Below, piece by piece: positions 20,801-29,345 of a DNA stretch of 64,000 nt. How positions within the stretch are numbered: the stretch's first letter is position 1; each line of letters opens with the position of its first letter. Position numbers and translations under genes: made by a program. The notes under the pieces are model-generated. The model was given only the letters and a program-made list of their open reading frames with translations. It was not told where the DNA came from and did no database searches. This DNA is from a virus: IMG/VR virus record IMGVR_UViG_3300034102_003113; one strand, 5' to 3'.

Positions 20801-21449
20801 TTATCCATGTTTTGATCTTTCAAATAACTGTCTAACCGGATATACCGCCGGCTTTGACAAAATCTTCTCTGGCAATAACAGAAAGATGACACTAGATCTT
20901 TCATATAATAACTTCTCTGCGTCAGTAATTAGAAAAATGCTTTCTGATCTCTTAGCCATTGAGGCCCAGAGCAAATTTACAAACGTAGAGATAAGACTAA
21001 ATAACACAAAGTTATCCACCTCTGACACGTATATCAACTATACCCAAGAAGATCTGTTCCCAACCACAATCTCCTCGGCCTCTAATCAAGTTATCTCTCT
21101 TACAAGAGTTGAAAGAGTCAAGATCTACACAGAAGTGACTACAGTAGATCAGAATGGTGTAGAAACTACAAACACAGTAGTAACAGGGTCCAAGAATATT
21201 ACTGTTCCTGGAGCGCTTATCGCTTCTCTTGGTGGGTATTATAAGACTCAGACAAATGGCAGACAACAAATTGTGGAAAATGAGTTAGGAGTTAAATTTA
21301 AAAATAATAGATATTGGGGATTTAATCTTGGTTTTACTTACCAATCACCTAATACCTCACCGACGGTTACATCCACATCTTACTCAAGCCCTACAACCCG
21401 TGCGGCGTCACTAGCCGAACTTGGTTATACCCTGGCAGACCTTGCCTGA
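17829..21449 (+). CDS. leucine-rich-repeat-containing putative virion protein
   Basis: LTSLALIGT, LQVLDIAS, LRLNGCRLSG, FDLSNNCLTG, LDLSYNNFS. Confidence 0.55.
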   Translation: MAEFLGFGQLTRPDIGLIADGVQNLAEIYTSDQPTALRNIRLNPEILDIIYKLSNTISREDLRAVSGLSSLLLPTLDLQDETFERINTALYVDESYVNSSRQIGIDSNPSLRGDLVKVPNVIVYNGSIQCQGVQYRTKVLGETSLYSGGENRLTSVSTSRASLFNSEQFGENESNTGYFKSASYPSLIRVRRRSHVNRITINKSTFIPRAPVKENPSHEILCYMDNGNTGTSQALKLLSTKNSPLRIPCRMASGSIKFTFTEVGTFFFGYQIQPLQSRVVGEQPQFLPLTPISQTVASNSFTLNIDITATGYQNSYDLYLYLYLNPEKIRSIEFNGINVSEFVDGKDIGLVGFNNLTSLALIGTSIKILPIWLKTLNTKLQVLDIASDGDTYRNGLLRYFDYRNASESPSTSTPLYTATSYLSIPKKGATLNENGNGWNDTIFQKYITSQVPTTTSIDNGSVVTRTPGTDFRVFSAMRVLNIGDRMLGRNPRLDDVFPGLTSLNWRGYVGRGVWPISGTPPKINNHGGVIDSYMIHTSGASGNITDIGTSEDIADNVVNGPTHISKYKIDAIDIAGEYGYGKMNISGGIATSNFSEWSTWFSQTKSINISWSYVSIGLQPTGYVWENLQGLGTEYSGGIVFTPASGTVSNPIKAPRISSISVYGTSSTGPIPSLGTDPTQHTSSITSVQFGGTESMSTVAENGYAYILPSNFAPDRPSSPHKLTLFAINDTSRAGRFRANDFKYLYELNNLNLRRAPGMWGKFPIFPTRKNPETETKNIYIDIADGCRFSDLSTLDITPSNRYIARDLISLDAWNQNIARGGCKLPSLEGIGGSDATRVQYIHLGNSLRSTYPSNWIGTNKSPNSYVFDSDIYSSVTGITPGRQINSDDAIYFITGASDFDRRVLVNDSVHSTTTGVELARVVSVEFDRIYLDRDIPGSSAGTYYFKRHTQSIDNWFQVGFTDISKLRLNGCRLSGSINIRSGFGKIVDDSYPCFDLSNNCLTGYTAGFDKIFSGNNRKMTLDLSYNNFSASVIRKMLSDLLAIEAQSKFTNVEIRLNNTKLSTSDTYINYTQEDLFPTTISSASNQVISLTRVERVKIYTEVTTVDQNGVETTNTVVTGSKNITVPGALIASLGGYYKTQTNGRQQIVENELGVKFKNNRYWGFNLGFTYQSPNTSPTVTSTSYSSPTTRAASLAELGYTLADLA

Positions 21450-21479
21450 TTAAAGTTTATTTAGAAATAAGAACATACT

Positions 21480-23249
21480 ATGGCCGGACTTTATAGTAAA
21501 AAGAATCTTGGAGAGGTTCAGTTAAATCTCAAGGACGCTTTACAAAAGCTCTATGCCCCAGGCATCCAAGAAGACCTAAGACTATTTGCTTTTTCCAATT
21601 CTCTTTATTCTGAGATCCGGTCTGGTATTACAAAGATAGATGCCAATACTAATGAGGAGATAGAGATCCCTAATGAGATTTATGGCTTTATCAATGAGCC
21701 ATTTACAGATGATAATGGTAACGTCATCAACCGTACAAAATTTATAACAAATAAACTCACCTTCTCTAGCAATAACAGGGTCTTTTTTAACAAAATTTCT
21801 AATGTTGCCTTTACTCTAGATCGCAGAACCAACCTTACCGAAGGTGCTCCTATTGTTGTATCCCAGAATGGCTCTATTGTTAATGTAGAGATTGTTGGTG
21901 CGGGATCACAATATCAGATTATCAACCCATCTGGGTCAGTAGTTACCCTTCCTGCATCTATCCAAGTGAATGTGAGAGGAAAGGAGTCTGGTGCCGAAAA
22001 TGCTATTGTAGAGATAACTATTCTTGCCAATGGTACAATTTCAAAAATAAATCCCCCAAATGTTATTTTTGGTGGTTCGGGATATTTTGAACAAGAGGAT
22101 CTCGAGTTAGTTACTCAATGTGGAGTTAATAGATTCGGTCAAGAAGAAACCCCAGTTCTCCATAAATGTAAAAATTATCCTACCACGGCAAATCGCCTTT
22201 ATCACAAGGAATTTAAATACACTATACCTAGTGCTGGACAGGACATTGACTATGACACTGTATCCTTAGGTTATAAAGCAACCTTACGTCAAACCAAGTA
22301 CTTCTATCAGACTAGAGATGCTGCTGAGGGCGGGTTTTTTCTATTCGATGAAAAGTCAAATAAGTGGATGTATCTAGGGGAGTTTTATGATAGCCAGTAC
22401 GCTATTGAACTCCGCACAGAACCATTGCTTACAATGAGAAGATATGACACGATTGCGTCTTTAAATCTTCTTAATCTTGATTCACTTGATTCTAACTCAT
22501 TCTTTTTCTCATACGACGAAGGGTTTAGTGTAGCAGATAACCTAGGCGCGCAGATTAGATCATTGAGTCAAAACGTTGAGAACATAAAAGACTCCTTTAA
22601 GTACCTCCTTCAAAATAACAAACGCCAAAGGTTGGTAACTGATGAAAAAAATACTCTAGGAACCCAGTATAATATTTTTGAAGGTAAAAACTTTGATAGT
22701 ACCTTCAGATTGATTATAAGAGACCCCGATGGAGTAGTGGATAGAAGCGATGTTGAGTTTACTGAATTAAGGACTTTGGAAGATCCAGAGCAAGTAGAAC
22801 TTACAGTTGGTGATCCTGGAGTAACTTATCATATCCCTGGCCTTTATCTCAATGTTGGTGGGGTCTATAAGAGAGCCTTTAGTACTGATGATAAACCATT
22901 CCTCAGTTCTAGAGACAAAAGTTTTATTAGTCCCCTTCTAGATAAAATTAGTGGATCTACTAACTATGCCACAGGAAGTTTTGTTCCTAGGGCCGAAAGT
23001 GGTGAAAATAAATATTCTATTTCTACAGCATATCTTCGCCCAGGTGGAGAGGTTCTAATCGGATTTAACACATTGATCGGATCGTTGGTACAAAACCTAT
23101 CCTCCACAGCAAGTAATGGAGGATTTGTGTTCCATAGAGCGCTAACAACCCCAACTATCAATGCTGGTCAGAATGTAAAAGGTTGGCCGATATTTGACTA
23201 TGAGCATCTGGGAGTTACATACTCCCCTGTAATCTTAGCCTATACCTGA
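21480..23249 (+). CDS. putative virion structural protein
   Basis: 589 aa with GAGSQY and GGSGY repeats; GATTAAAG promoter variant at 21448-21455. Confidence 0.55.
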   Translation: MAGLYSKKNLGEVQLNLKDALQKLYAPGIQEDLRLFAFSNSLYSEIRSGITKIDANTNEEIEIPNEIYGFINEPFTDDNGNVINRTKFITNKLTFSSNNRVFFNKISNVAFTLDRRTNLTEGAPIVVSQNGSIVNVEIVGAGSQYQIINPSGSVVTLPASIQVNVRGKESGAENAIVEITILANGTISKINPPNVIFGGSGYFEQEDLELVTQCGVNRFGQEETPVLHKCKNYPTTANRLYHKEFKYTIPSAGQDIDYDTVSLGYKATLRQTKYFYQTRDAAEGGFFLFDEKSNKWMYLGEFYDSQYAIELRTEPLLTMRRYDTIASLNLLNLDSLDSNSFFFSYDEGFSVADNLGAQIRSLSQNVENIKDSFKYLLQNNKRQRLVTDEKNTLGTQYNIFEGKNFDSTFRLIIRDPDGVVDRSDVEFTELRTLEDPEQVELTVGDPGVTYHIPGLYLNVGGVYKRAFSTDDKPFLSSRDKSFISPLLDKISGSTNYATGSFVPRAESGENKYSISTAYLRPGGEVLIGFNTLIGSLVQNLSSTASNGGFVFHRALTTPTINAGQNVKGWPIFDYEHLGVTYSPVILAYT

Positions 23250-26200
23250 TAGTAAGGGAGAATTAGAAACCAAGGGATTCTGTCTTGCGTTAACAAACAG
23301 ATAATAGGTATCCTTTACCTTCTCTTGGTTTCCAATATGCTCGTACACGTCTTCATTAAATGGTGTTCCATCAGACTTAAAGATCGGCAATTCAACCTTA
23401 ATCCGATGTGTGTAGTCTGAGTCATTGAGCGATTTTGACGAGGTTGTGATAATGTTTGTCGGGTTATCTGTGATTGAGTAGGAGAACTCAATCTTCTCAG
23501 AAATATTTAACTTATTTCCACCAAGGTTGGATAGAGTGTGATCTCCCCAGAATACATCGTAGTTACCTGCGGGCGTAGAAGGGTTGTATAGATTAGCATC
23601 ACTAATTGCAATATTTGCAAGTAATACGTCCGAAATTACATACGGAGGATAACAAATACCACTTGTGTAATTTGATGGTTGATCATAGCCAAATGGCGTT
23701 ACTCTTTCCGAAGGCACCTTTGGAACCTCGCTTAATGAGGATACAAAATCCCCACTACCAGAACTGTAGGTAATCTTCAGGGTATCAGAGAAACTAATAG
23801 ACTCTCCTGTATCAACTTTTGCGAATTGGAAGGCAATATCTTTCTCTAGGAAATATTTGACGTATTTTCCATTTAAAGATGTTCTGGCAGGCACAAAAGG
23901 TGTACCAAATGCTAATAACCAAATCTCATTTGTTCCTAGTGGGAGTTGATTATTGACAAAGGTATCTGTTAAAGTGTTATACTTTACTCTCTCAACGCTT
24001 AATACAAGAGGAGCGACAAATCCTTGGACGTTAGTGGTAAAGGCAAGGTTATCTGCGTTAGCAATAGCATTTACAATTATCGGTTTGGCCCAGTCACTCT
24101 CACTTGTAAAGGTTGGGAAACCATATGTAGTTGGATTATCAGATACAGTAATGGCCGTGAGGCTGGAGTGTAGATAGAATCGACTTGTAACTGTCCCTTC
24201 CCAATACATGAGGACAATTCGCTCTGTGATATTCCCTGCCGCAACGGTCTGGTGATTAGGAGATCCGCCTAGATCATTGGCTCCCAATGCCTCTGTGGAG
24301 TTGAAAAGAGCGTTATTTACAGGAATTCCAGTAAACTTAACTAAACCCCCTTCACCGAGAAGGTTGGGGACTAGTCTCATGCCGATATAATTAGAGGACT
24401 GAGTATCACCGGAGTAGTTTGCCTCGCCAAGGATTAAGTTAGGACGCAAGGTATAGGTTCCTGTTCCATTACCATACTTACCTACACCAGCAGCATTTGA
24501 TTGAAGTGATGCTTTAAATAAGTTATTTACAAACCCATCTAGTGGATCATTAGTTTTAGAGATTGCCGTATCAAATAGGTATCTATTTCCTTCACTTACT
24601 TTCCACCAAGATGGACGGGCATCAAATTCATACTTGTAGATACTGGGCTCGAAGTTTGTATCAAGTAAATCAGCATAACCATTATACCCATCTTTAGGAG
24701 AGACGATTAGTGAACTCCAAAGAGTCACCGATGAATAATCACCTTTATTAGGAACCAATCGAAGTACATAATTTCCAGACCCATTAGCAGGAAGCGCATC
24801 TGCGTAGATAACGTTTGCTACTGTAGTTAACGTGATCTCTTCTGGAGTTGATAGGGGAATAGTAGTGGTAATTGTTTCCTCAATGGGATCACCATTTTCA
24901 TCCTCACCAATAATCCTAGTTATTGTCTCATCAAAAGCCACGAGTTGGTAGGTAACGGACGCTGTAGTATCTAATACTACGGCCTCAAGATCAATCTCAG
25001 CATCAGCATCTGGTGTAATGATGATATCTGGAGAGACCTCGGATACATTAACAATTAACTCACCTGAGTAGAACGTATCAACAGAATTAGGATCGGTTGA
25101 GGATTGAGCATATTTAATAAATATGTTAGGCTCTAGAGGCACTTCTAGTTCTTCGTTAGCAGTATCAGGCCCACCATTCCACATCCTAATTGAGATGGGT
25201 ACATATCTATATCCTGTGGTTCCTAGCGCATTAGTTTTATAGATAAATCTGCTGGGAAGATTATCTAGATTAAAACTCATCTTGGAGATATACCTATCAC
25301 CCTCTTCAATAAACTTAGCATTCTTTGTTTTGTCAAAAGAACTAAATACTTCTGTCCATGTAGGGGCAAGATTTGTACCTCCATTAACAACATCAACTTT
25401 TATAGAAGTATTTGTCTCGATCTCAAAGATATATTTTCTGTCAGTTCCGTCATTATCTATTCTTAAAAACCCATCCCATCTCACTCCCCAGTTATCTTGA
25501 TTATCTCTGAGTACTCTTGGTGGACGCGAGAAACGCATATTAGAGTCTTTAGTGATATTGTTCCCGTCATAGACATAACGATTTACAACTGGAATGCGAG
25601 TCTCTACATAAGCCCCAGAGTTAAAATACTCTTTTTCTGAATAAAGTTCAAATGATCCTTGTTTAAACTCCAAAAGACTTTGGGTTGTCGCCGGATCGAT
25701 ATCATCAGCACTATAAGGAATATTATTACCCGAGTCATTTGGCGATTCAAGAAACCATTGAGGCGGATTAAGAACAGAGTATTCTCTTGAAAATACGTAT
25801 TCTATGTCAAGAAAATCCGAACCAACAATACTCTTAAGTTCCTTTAGTTTTAGTCTTGAGTTTGTATCTGTTGATTGAAATTGTCTAACATAAATGGTTT
25901 GTCCGCCATCTACATAAGAACTAACTACAGTACCCTTAATACTAATCCCCGTACCAACTAACGACACTTCTTGAAGCGTAGAGGGATTAATATAAGATTT
26001 TAATGTCCAGACAAGGGTATTCGGAGTGGCAATCTGCTCCTCATATGATGATAGTTGATCTGGATTGATAGAGATATCAGCGGAGTTAATACTTATCGCG
26101 CCTGTATTCTCATTAAAGGATGTAAATGCTAATGTACCAAATTCTTGATCGATTCCTGCTCTTGCTCTATAGAATAGGGCCGTTGGACCTGCATGAAGGC

Positions 26201-26630
26201 CATTAAGTGTTCCTTTTCCTGTAAAAGAGTTAATTTGATCGATACGATCTTCAACCCTGATACGTGGTGTTGTGGATACTGTAGCCCCTGCAACTCCACC
26301 AGCAATACTAATATCAGCCAATGGAGTTAGGAAACTCTTTGTAATCTCATTTTCAACAAACTCTCTTGTGATTTCAAAATCTTCTGGCTTGTACGTGCCA
26401 TAGATCGAAATCTCATTAGCATCATCAATGCGGGTAATATACTCCAGAACGTTAGTAAGAGCCTCTCCAGGATCCTCAAGATCGGAGAGGGCATTGTTTC
26501 TCAGTAGACCAATATAGTTAATATCATTAAGCTTCCTACCGGCCCTGCGCATCAGATAAGATTGCAGAGCCGAGTAGTTATTAGCAATATCTAAATTCTG
26601 AGAAACCTTCTTGTCTATTCTGGTTGCCAT
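23235..26630 (-). CDS. PA14-domain-containing putative virion protein
   Basis: DNWGVRWDGFLRI...YIFEIET...YVPISIRMWNGG is PA14-like; GTTTAAAG motif upstream. Confidence 0.6.
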   Translation of the reverse strand: MATRIDKKVSQNLDIANNYSALQSYLMRRAGRKLNDINYIGLLRNNALSDLEDPGEALTNVLEYITRIDDANEISIYGTYKPEDFEITREFVENEITKSFLTPLADISIAGGVAGATVSTTPRIRVEDRIDQINSFTGKGTLNGLHAGPTALFYRARAGIDQEFGTLAFTSFNENTGAISINSADISINPDQLSSYEEQIATPNTLVWTLKSYINPSTLQEVSLVGTGISIKGTVVSSYVDGGQTIYVRQFQSTDTNSRLKLKELKSIVGSDFLDIEYVFSREYSVLNPPQWFLESPNDSGNNIPYSADDIDPATTQSLLEFKQGSFELYSEKEYFNSGAYVETRIPVVNRYVYDGNNITKDSNMRFSRPPRVLRDNQDNWGVRWDGFLRIDNDGTDRKYIFEIETNTSIKVDVVNGGTNLAPTWTEVFSSFDKTKNAKFIEEGDRYISKMSFNLDNLPSRFIYKTNALGTTGYRYVPISIRMWNGGPDTANEELEVPLEPNIFIKYAQSSTDPNSVDTFYSGELIVNVSEVSPDIIITPDADAEIDLEAVVLDTTASVTYQLVAFDETITRIIGEDENGDPIEETITTTIPLSTPEEITLTTVANVIYADALPANGSGNYVLRLVPNKGDYSSVTLWSSLIVSPKDGYNGYADLLDTNFEPSIYKYEFDARPSWWKVSEGNRYLFDTAISKTNDPLDGFVNNLFKASLQSNAAGVGKYGNGTGTYTLRPNLILGEANYSGDTQSSNYIGMRLVPNLLGEGGLVKFTGIPVNNALFNSTEALGANDLGGSPNHQTVAAGNITERIVLMYWEGTVTSRFYLHSSLTAITVSDNPTTYGFPTFTSESDWAKPIIVNAIANADNLAFTTNVQGFVAPLVLSVERVKYNTLTDTFVNNQLPLGTNEIWLLAFGTPFVPARTSLNGKYVKYFLEKDIAFQFAKVDTGESISFSDTLKITYSSGSGDFVSSLSEVPKVPSERVTPFGYDQPSNYTSGICYPPYVISDVLLANIAISDANLYNPSTPAGNYDVFWGDHTLSNLGGNKLNISEKIEFSYSITDNPTNIITTSSKSLNDSDYTHRIKVELPIFKSDGTPFNEDVYEHIGNQEKVKDTYYLFVNARQNPLVSNSPLLSGIG

Positions 26631-26660
26631 AGCAGGGCACTAGGAGTATCTATAAAGATA

Positions 26661-26668
26661 CTTTAAAC
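26661..26668 (-). promoter_or_regulatory. putative late promoter motif GTTTAAAG
   Basis: CTTTAAAC on the + strand, 30 nt before the minus-strand ATG at 26630. Confidence 0.6.
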
Positions 26669-26671
26669 CTC

Positions 26672-27400
26672 TCAAGCCGGGGAATATAGATCGGAGTAAG
26701 CTCTAATGACAGACTTAACAAATCCAGAGCGGACAATCTCATCATAGCCAAAGTTAACATGGCCTACAGAATCATTAGAACTAAGTCTCCGAAGAGCATC
26801 GGAAAGACCGTCATTGCCATAGCGATTGGCAAGATCACGCTGAACCACGTCACCTAGAAGGGCGATGGAAGAACTATCACCGAGGCGGGTGAGGATTGTC
26901 ATTACGGAATGAGTAGTAGCGTTCTGCATCTCGTCGGCAATGATCATGCATCGGTGCAAAGAACGACCCCTGAGGTGTTCAATGGGCAAAAACTCAATAA
27001 CTTTTTTCTCTATGAGATAGTCTGCTTTACCTTTTTGCATAAATACTGCCAAGGAGTCACGGATTGGCATTATATGCGGAGCAATCTTCTCCTCAAGGTT
27101 ACCGGGCAAAAACCCTAACCCTTGTTCCCCAGGAGTGGAGACAATAGGCTTTACGTAATAAATCTTTTCAATCTCCCTCTTATGAAGTTTTTCGCAAGCT
27201 GCGTGGATCGAAAGGAGTGTTTTTGCTGTGCCAGGAGGCCCCGTGAGTATAGTCAGGGTCTTTGTCTTCAGGTACTTCATTGCATCAACCTGGGACGGAT
27301 TCATCGGAAGCAGAGGTTTATGCTCCTCGAATTTAGGATTTGATGCTTGAACCATGTCTCCTTGTTCGATTCTTTGACGTCTAGAGGATTTTCTTGCCAT
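26672..27400 (-). CDS. phoH: PhoH-family ATPase
   Basis: GPPGTAKT Walker A, LGFLPG, LRGRSL, IIADEMQN, LTRLG, GDVVQRD, IVRS. Confidence 0.95.
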   Translation of the reverse strand: MARKSSRRQRIEQGDMVQASNPKFEEHKPLLPMNPSQVDAMKYLKTKTLTILTGPPGTAKTLLSIHAACEKLHKREIEKIYYVKPIVSTPGEQGLGFLPGNLEEKIAPHIMPIRDSLAVFMQKGKADYLIEKKVIEFLPIEHLRGRSLHRCMIIADEMQNATTHSVMTILTRLGDSSSIALLGDVVQRDLANRYGNDGLSDALRRLSSNDSVGHVNFGYDEIVRSGFVKSVIRAYSDLYSPA

Positions 27401-27425
27401 TAGAGGTTAGGGTTTCCATGATACG

Positions 27426-27464
27426 AAAAAAGACCCAGGGAGATAAGGGTCTCCGCCGGGTCTT
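27426..27464 (-). terminator. intrinsic terminator-like hairpin in the phoH upstream region
   Basis: Minus strand reads AAGACCCGGCGGAGA-CCCTTA-TCTCCCTGGGTCTTTTTT. Confidence 0.6.
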
Positions 27465-27513
27465 ATGGTCTGTATGTCTTGAGAGACATTTAATATCTTC
27501 GTATCCTGACAAA

Positions 27514-27521
27514 CTTTAAAC
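27514..27521 (-). promoter_or_regulatory. putative late promoter motif GTTTAAAG
   Basis: CTTTAAAC on the + strand, upstream of the phoH leader. Confidence 0.5.
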
Positions 27522-27524
27522 CAG

Positions 27525-27872
27525 TTAAGCAACTCTAACTTTTAATATGCTACCGGTCCTATACATTCCACCGACAGGGACAGGGGGCACTGCGGCAGCA
27601 GCGGCGGTATCATCGGCAAAAGCTCTCAGCCCAGTAAAATTAATTCTATTAAAACTTACAGGGACAGTTGATCTATCACCAAATCTTCTTACCACGCCAG
27701 TAGTATCAGCGTAATATACTTCGTCAAGAGGCTCGTTGATAAAGAGTTCCCCTCTATACATCGATTCCGAGTTGTTATCAAGGAGATCTTGTAAGTATTC
27801 TTTGTCGTGGGTAGAGTCGGCGGTGAATCTAACTCCCCAGCGATGGAAAGGTGGTTCTGGAGTAGCGGGCAT
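27525..27872 (-). CDS. small putative virion/fibre-associated protein
   Basis: GELFINE..D.VYY and FADDTAAAAA...VGGMYRTG motifs; GTTTAAAG motif at 27901-27908 (minus strand). Confidence 0.55.
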   Translation of the reverse strand: MPATPEPPFHRWGVRFTADSTHDKEYLQDLLDNNSESMYRGELFINEPLDEVYYADTTGVVRRFGDRSTVPVSFNRINFTGLRAFADDTAAAAAVPPVPVGGMYRTGSILKVRVA

Positions 27873-27986
27873 ATTCCTGCTCGGTGACTAATATAGTAGT
27901 CTTTAAACTCTGGAGTTAAAGCGAGCGCCCAGCGCCAGCGCCCGAAAGTAACTATTACTTTTTACTCTTACTTTTCACCAACCAAC

Positions 27987-27997
27987 TATGATATAAT
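27987..27997 (+). promoter_or_regulatory. extended -10 promoter TATGATATAAT
   Basis: TGnTATAAT upstream of the kinase gene; the same motif precedes other nucleotide-metabolism genes. Confidence 0.65.
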
Positions 27998-28022
27998 ATT
28001 TTTGTATAAATCTCAGAGAAGC

Positions 28023-28586
28023 ATGTTTCCTCAAACCATTGTAGTCCTTGGAGCCGATCGAGTTGGCAAATCCACCATCGTAGAAAACACCAAGAACGAT
28101 CTGATCTCTCGGGATATTTGCGTCCGCTCATTGCATTTCTCTGGTCCTCAGCCCCATCATCACACTCCTATTCAGCAATATATCGATCCGTTCCAATCTG
28201 CACTTGATCAAGAAGCCCAAGTAGTTATCTGTGATCGTGGGTTTTCAGAAGTATGTTTTTATGAGAAGTTTCGTCGTCATATCGAGATCTCCGAAGAATG
28301 GGCCAATTCCGCTGAGTCGTTCTTCTCGGCATATAGTCAGAGCATTAAAGTCTTTCTTGTAGAGCGGACTTGGGAATGGAGTCTTCCTTTCCATATTATC
28401 GAGATCAATACTCTCTATCCTGAGTGTTCAGATTATTATCTTGAGATGCAACTCAAAGCCCGCTATAAGGAACACGTAGAGTATTATGCCTATATGAGAG
28501 ACTATCTTGCAAATCGTTCCCTGCTTTCGGATATCCAGATCATTGCTCCTACCTCAAGGCATTTCTCTCTGGCAGATGTGGTTTAA
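28023..28586 (+). CDS. thymidylate-kinase-like dNMP kinase
   Basis: GADRVGKST P-loop, HFSGP, VICDRGFSE..Y. Likely start is ATG 28023. Confidence 0.7.
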   Translation: MFPQTIVVLGADRVGKSTIVENTKNDLISRDICVRSLHFSGPQPHHHTPIQQYIDPFQSALDQEAQVVICDRGFSEVCFYEKFRRHIEISEEWANSAESFFSAYSQSIKVFLVERTWEWSLPFHIIEINTLYPECSDYYLEMQLKARYKEHVEYYAYMRDYLANRSLLSDIQIIAPTSRHFSLADVV

Positions 28587-28619
28587 AGATTATTGATTAG
28601 ATATAGGAATATTACCCCT

Positions 28620-29339
28620 ATGGCAACCGTACTTAACACCGGTCTTCACCGCAAGATCGGTATGGAGTTTGAATACAAAATCTCCTTTCAAGAGTTCCTA
28701 ACAGAAGCAATTGCTTCTCCGTTAGTATCTGCGTATAACTCAGGATCCAACACCCCGACTGCTCGTACAAACGCTAAAAACAAGTTCGTGGCCTGTGGTC
28801 CCTCGATGGGCTTTGAGGCTAAGAAATTTGCTTACGCTACCCTAGAGTTGGTTGTGGGTGCCCTGGCAGCCAATGCAAATGTCCCCGCTGCTGATAAGAC
28901 TGTTCTCAATGACCAACTTGTAAACATCACACGTTATGTGGGTATCGCGGGAGACGGAGACTTCCACTTCATGGTAGCTACCTTCAACCTTGCCGAAGCA
29001 ATCTCAGGCGTAGTTGCTGAAGTCGTCCCTGCTCCTCAGGCTCCTGTTGGCGCTATTGCAACCCTAGAACTCATTGATGAGGGCAGTGGTTATACCGATG
29101 GTACTGATGGTAATGGAACCATTAACGTTACGTTCCGTTCAACAGAGTCAACAAACCCTGCTGGATATACTAACGCAACTGGTACTGTCTCCATTGCAAC
29201 TGGTGAGGTTATCACAATCGATTCTATTGCCACTGGAGGCGTAGGATTCAAGGATGGTCAGATCGTATCTATTAACCCCGTCGCTCCTGGCACTAACGGT
29301 GGTACATTAGGCATGGCTGTCGTGCTTTCCGTCGCTTGA
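28620..29339 (+). CDS. putative virion structural protein
   Basis: ATG 28620 follows GTTTAAAG (28581-28588). C-terminal EGSGY and GGVGF repeats. Confidence 0.55.
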   Translation: MATVLNTGLHRKIGMEFEYKISFQEFLTEAIASPLVSAYNSGSNTPTARTNAKNKFVACGPSMGFEAKKFAYATLELVVGALAANANVPAADKTVLNDQLVNITRYVGIAGDGDFHFMVATFNLAEAISGVVAEVVPAPQAPVGAIATLELIDEGSGYTDGTDGNGTINVTFRSTESTNPAGYTNATGTVSIATGEVITIDSIATGGVGFKDGQIVSINPVAPGTNGGTLGMAVVLSVA

Positions 29340-29345
29340 TAAGAT

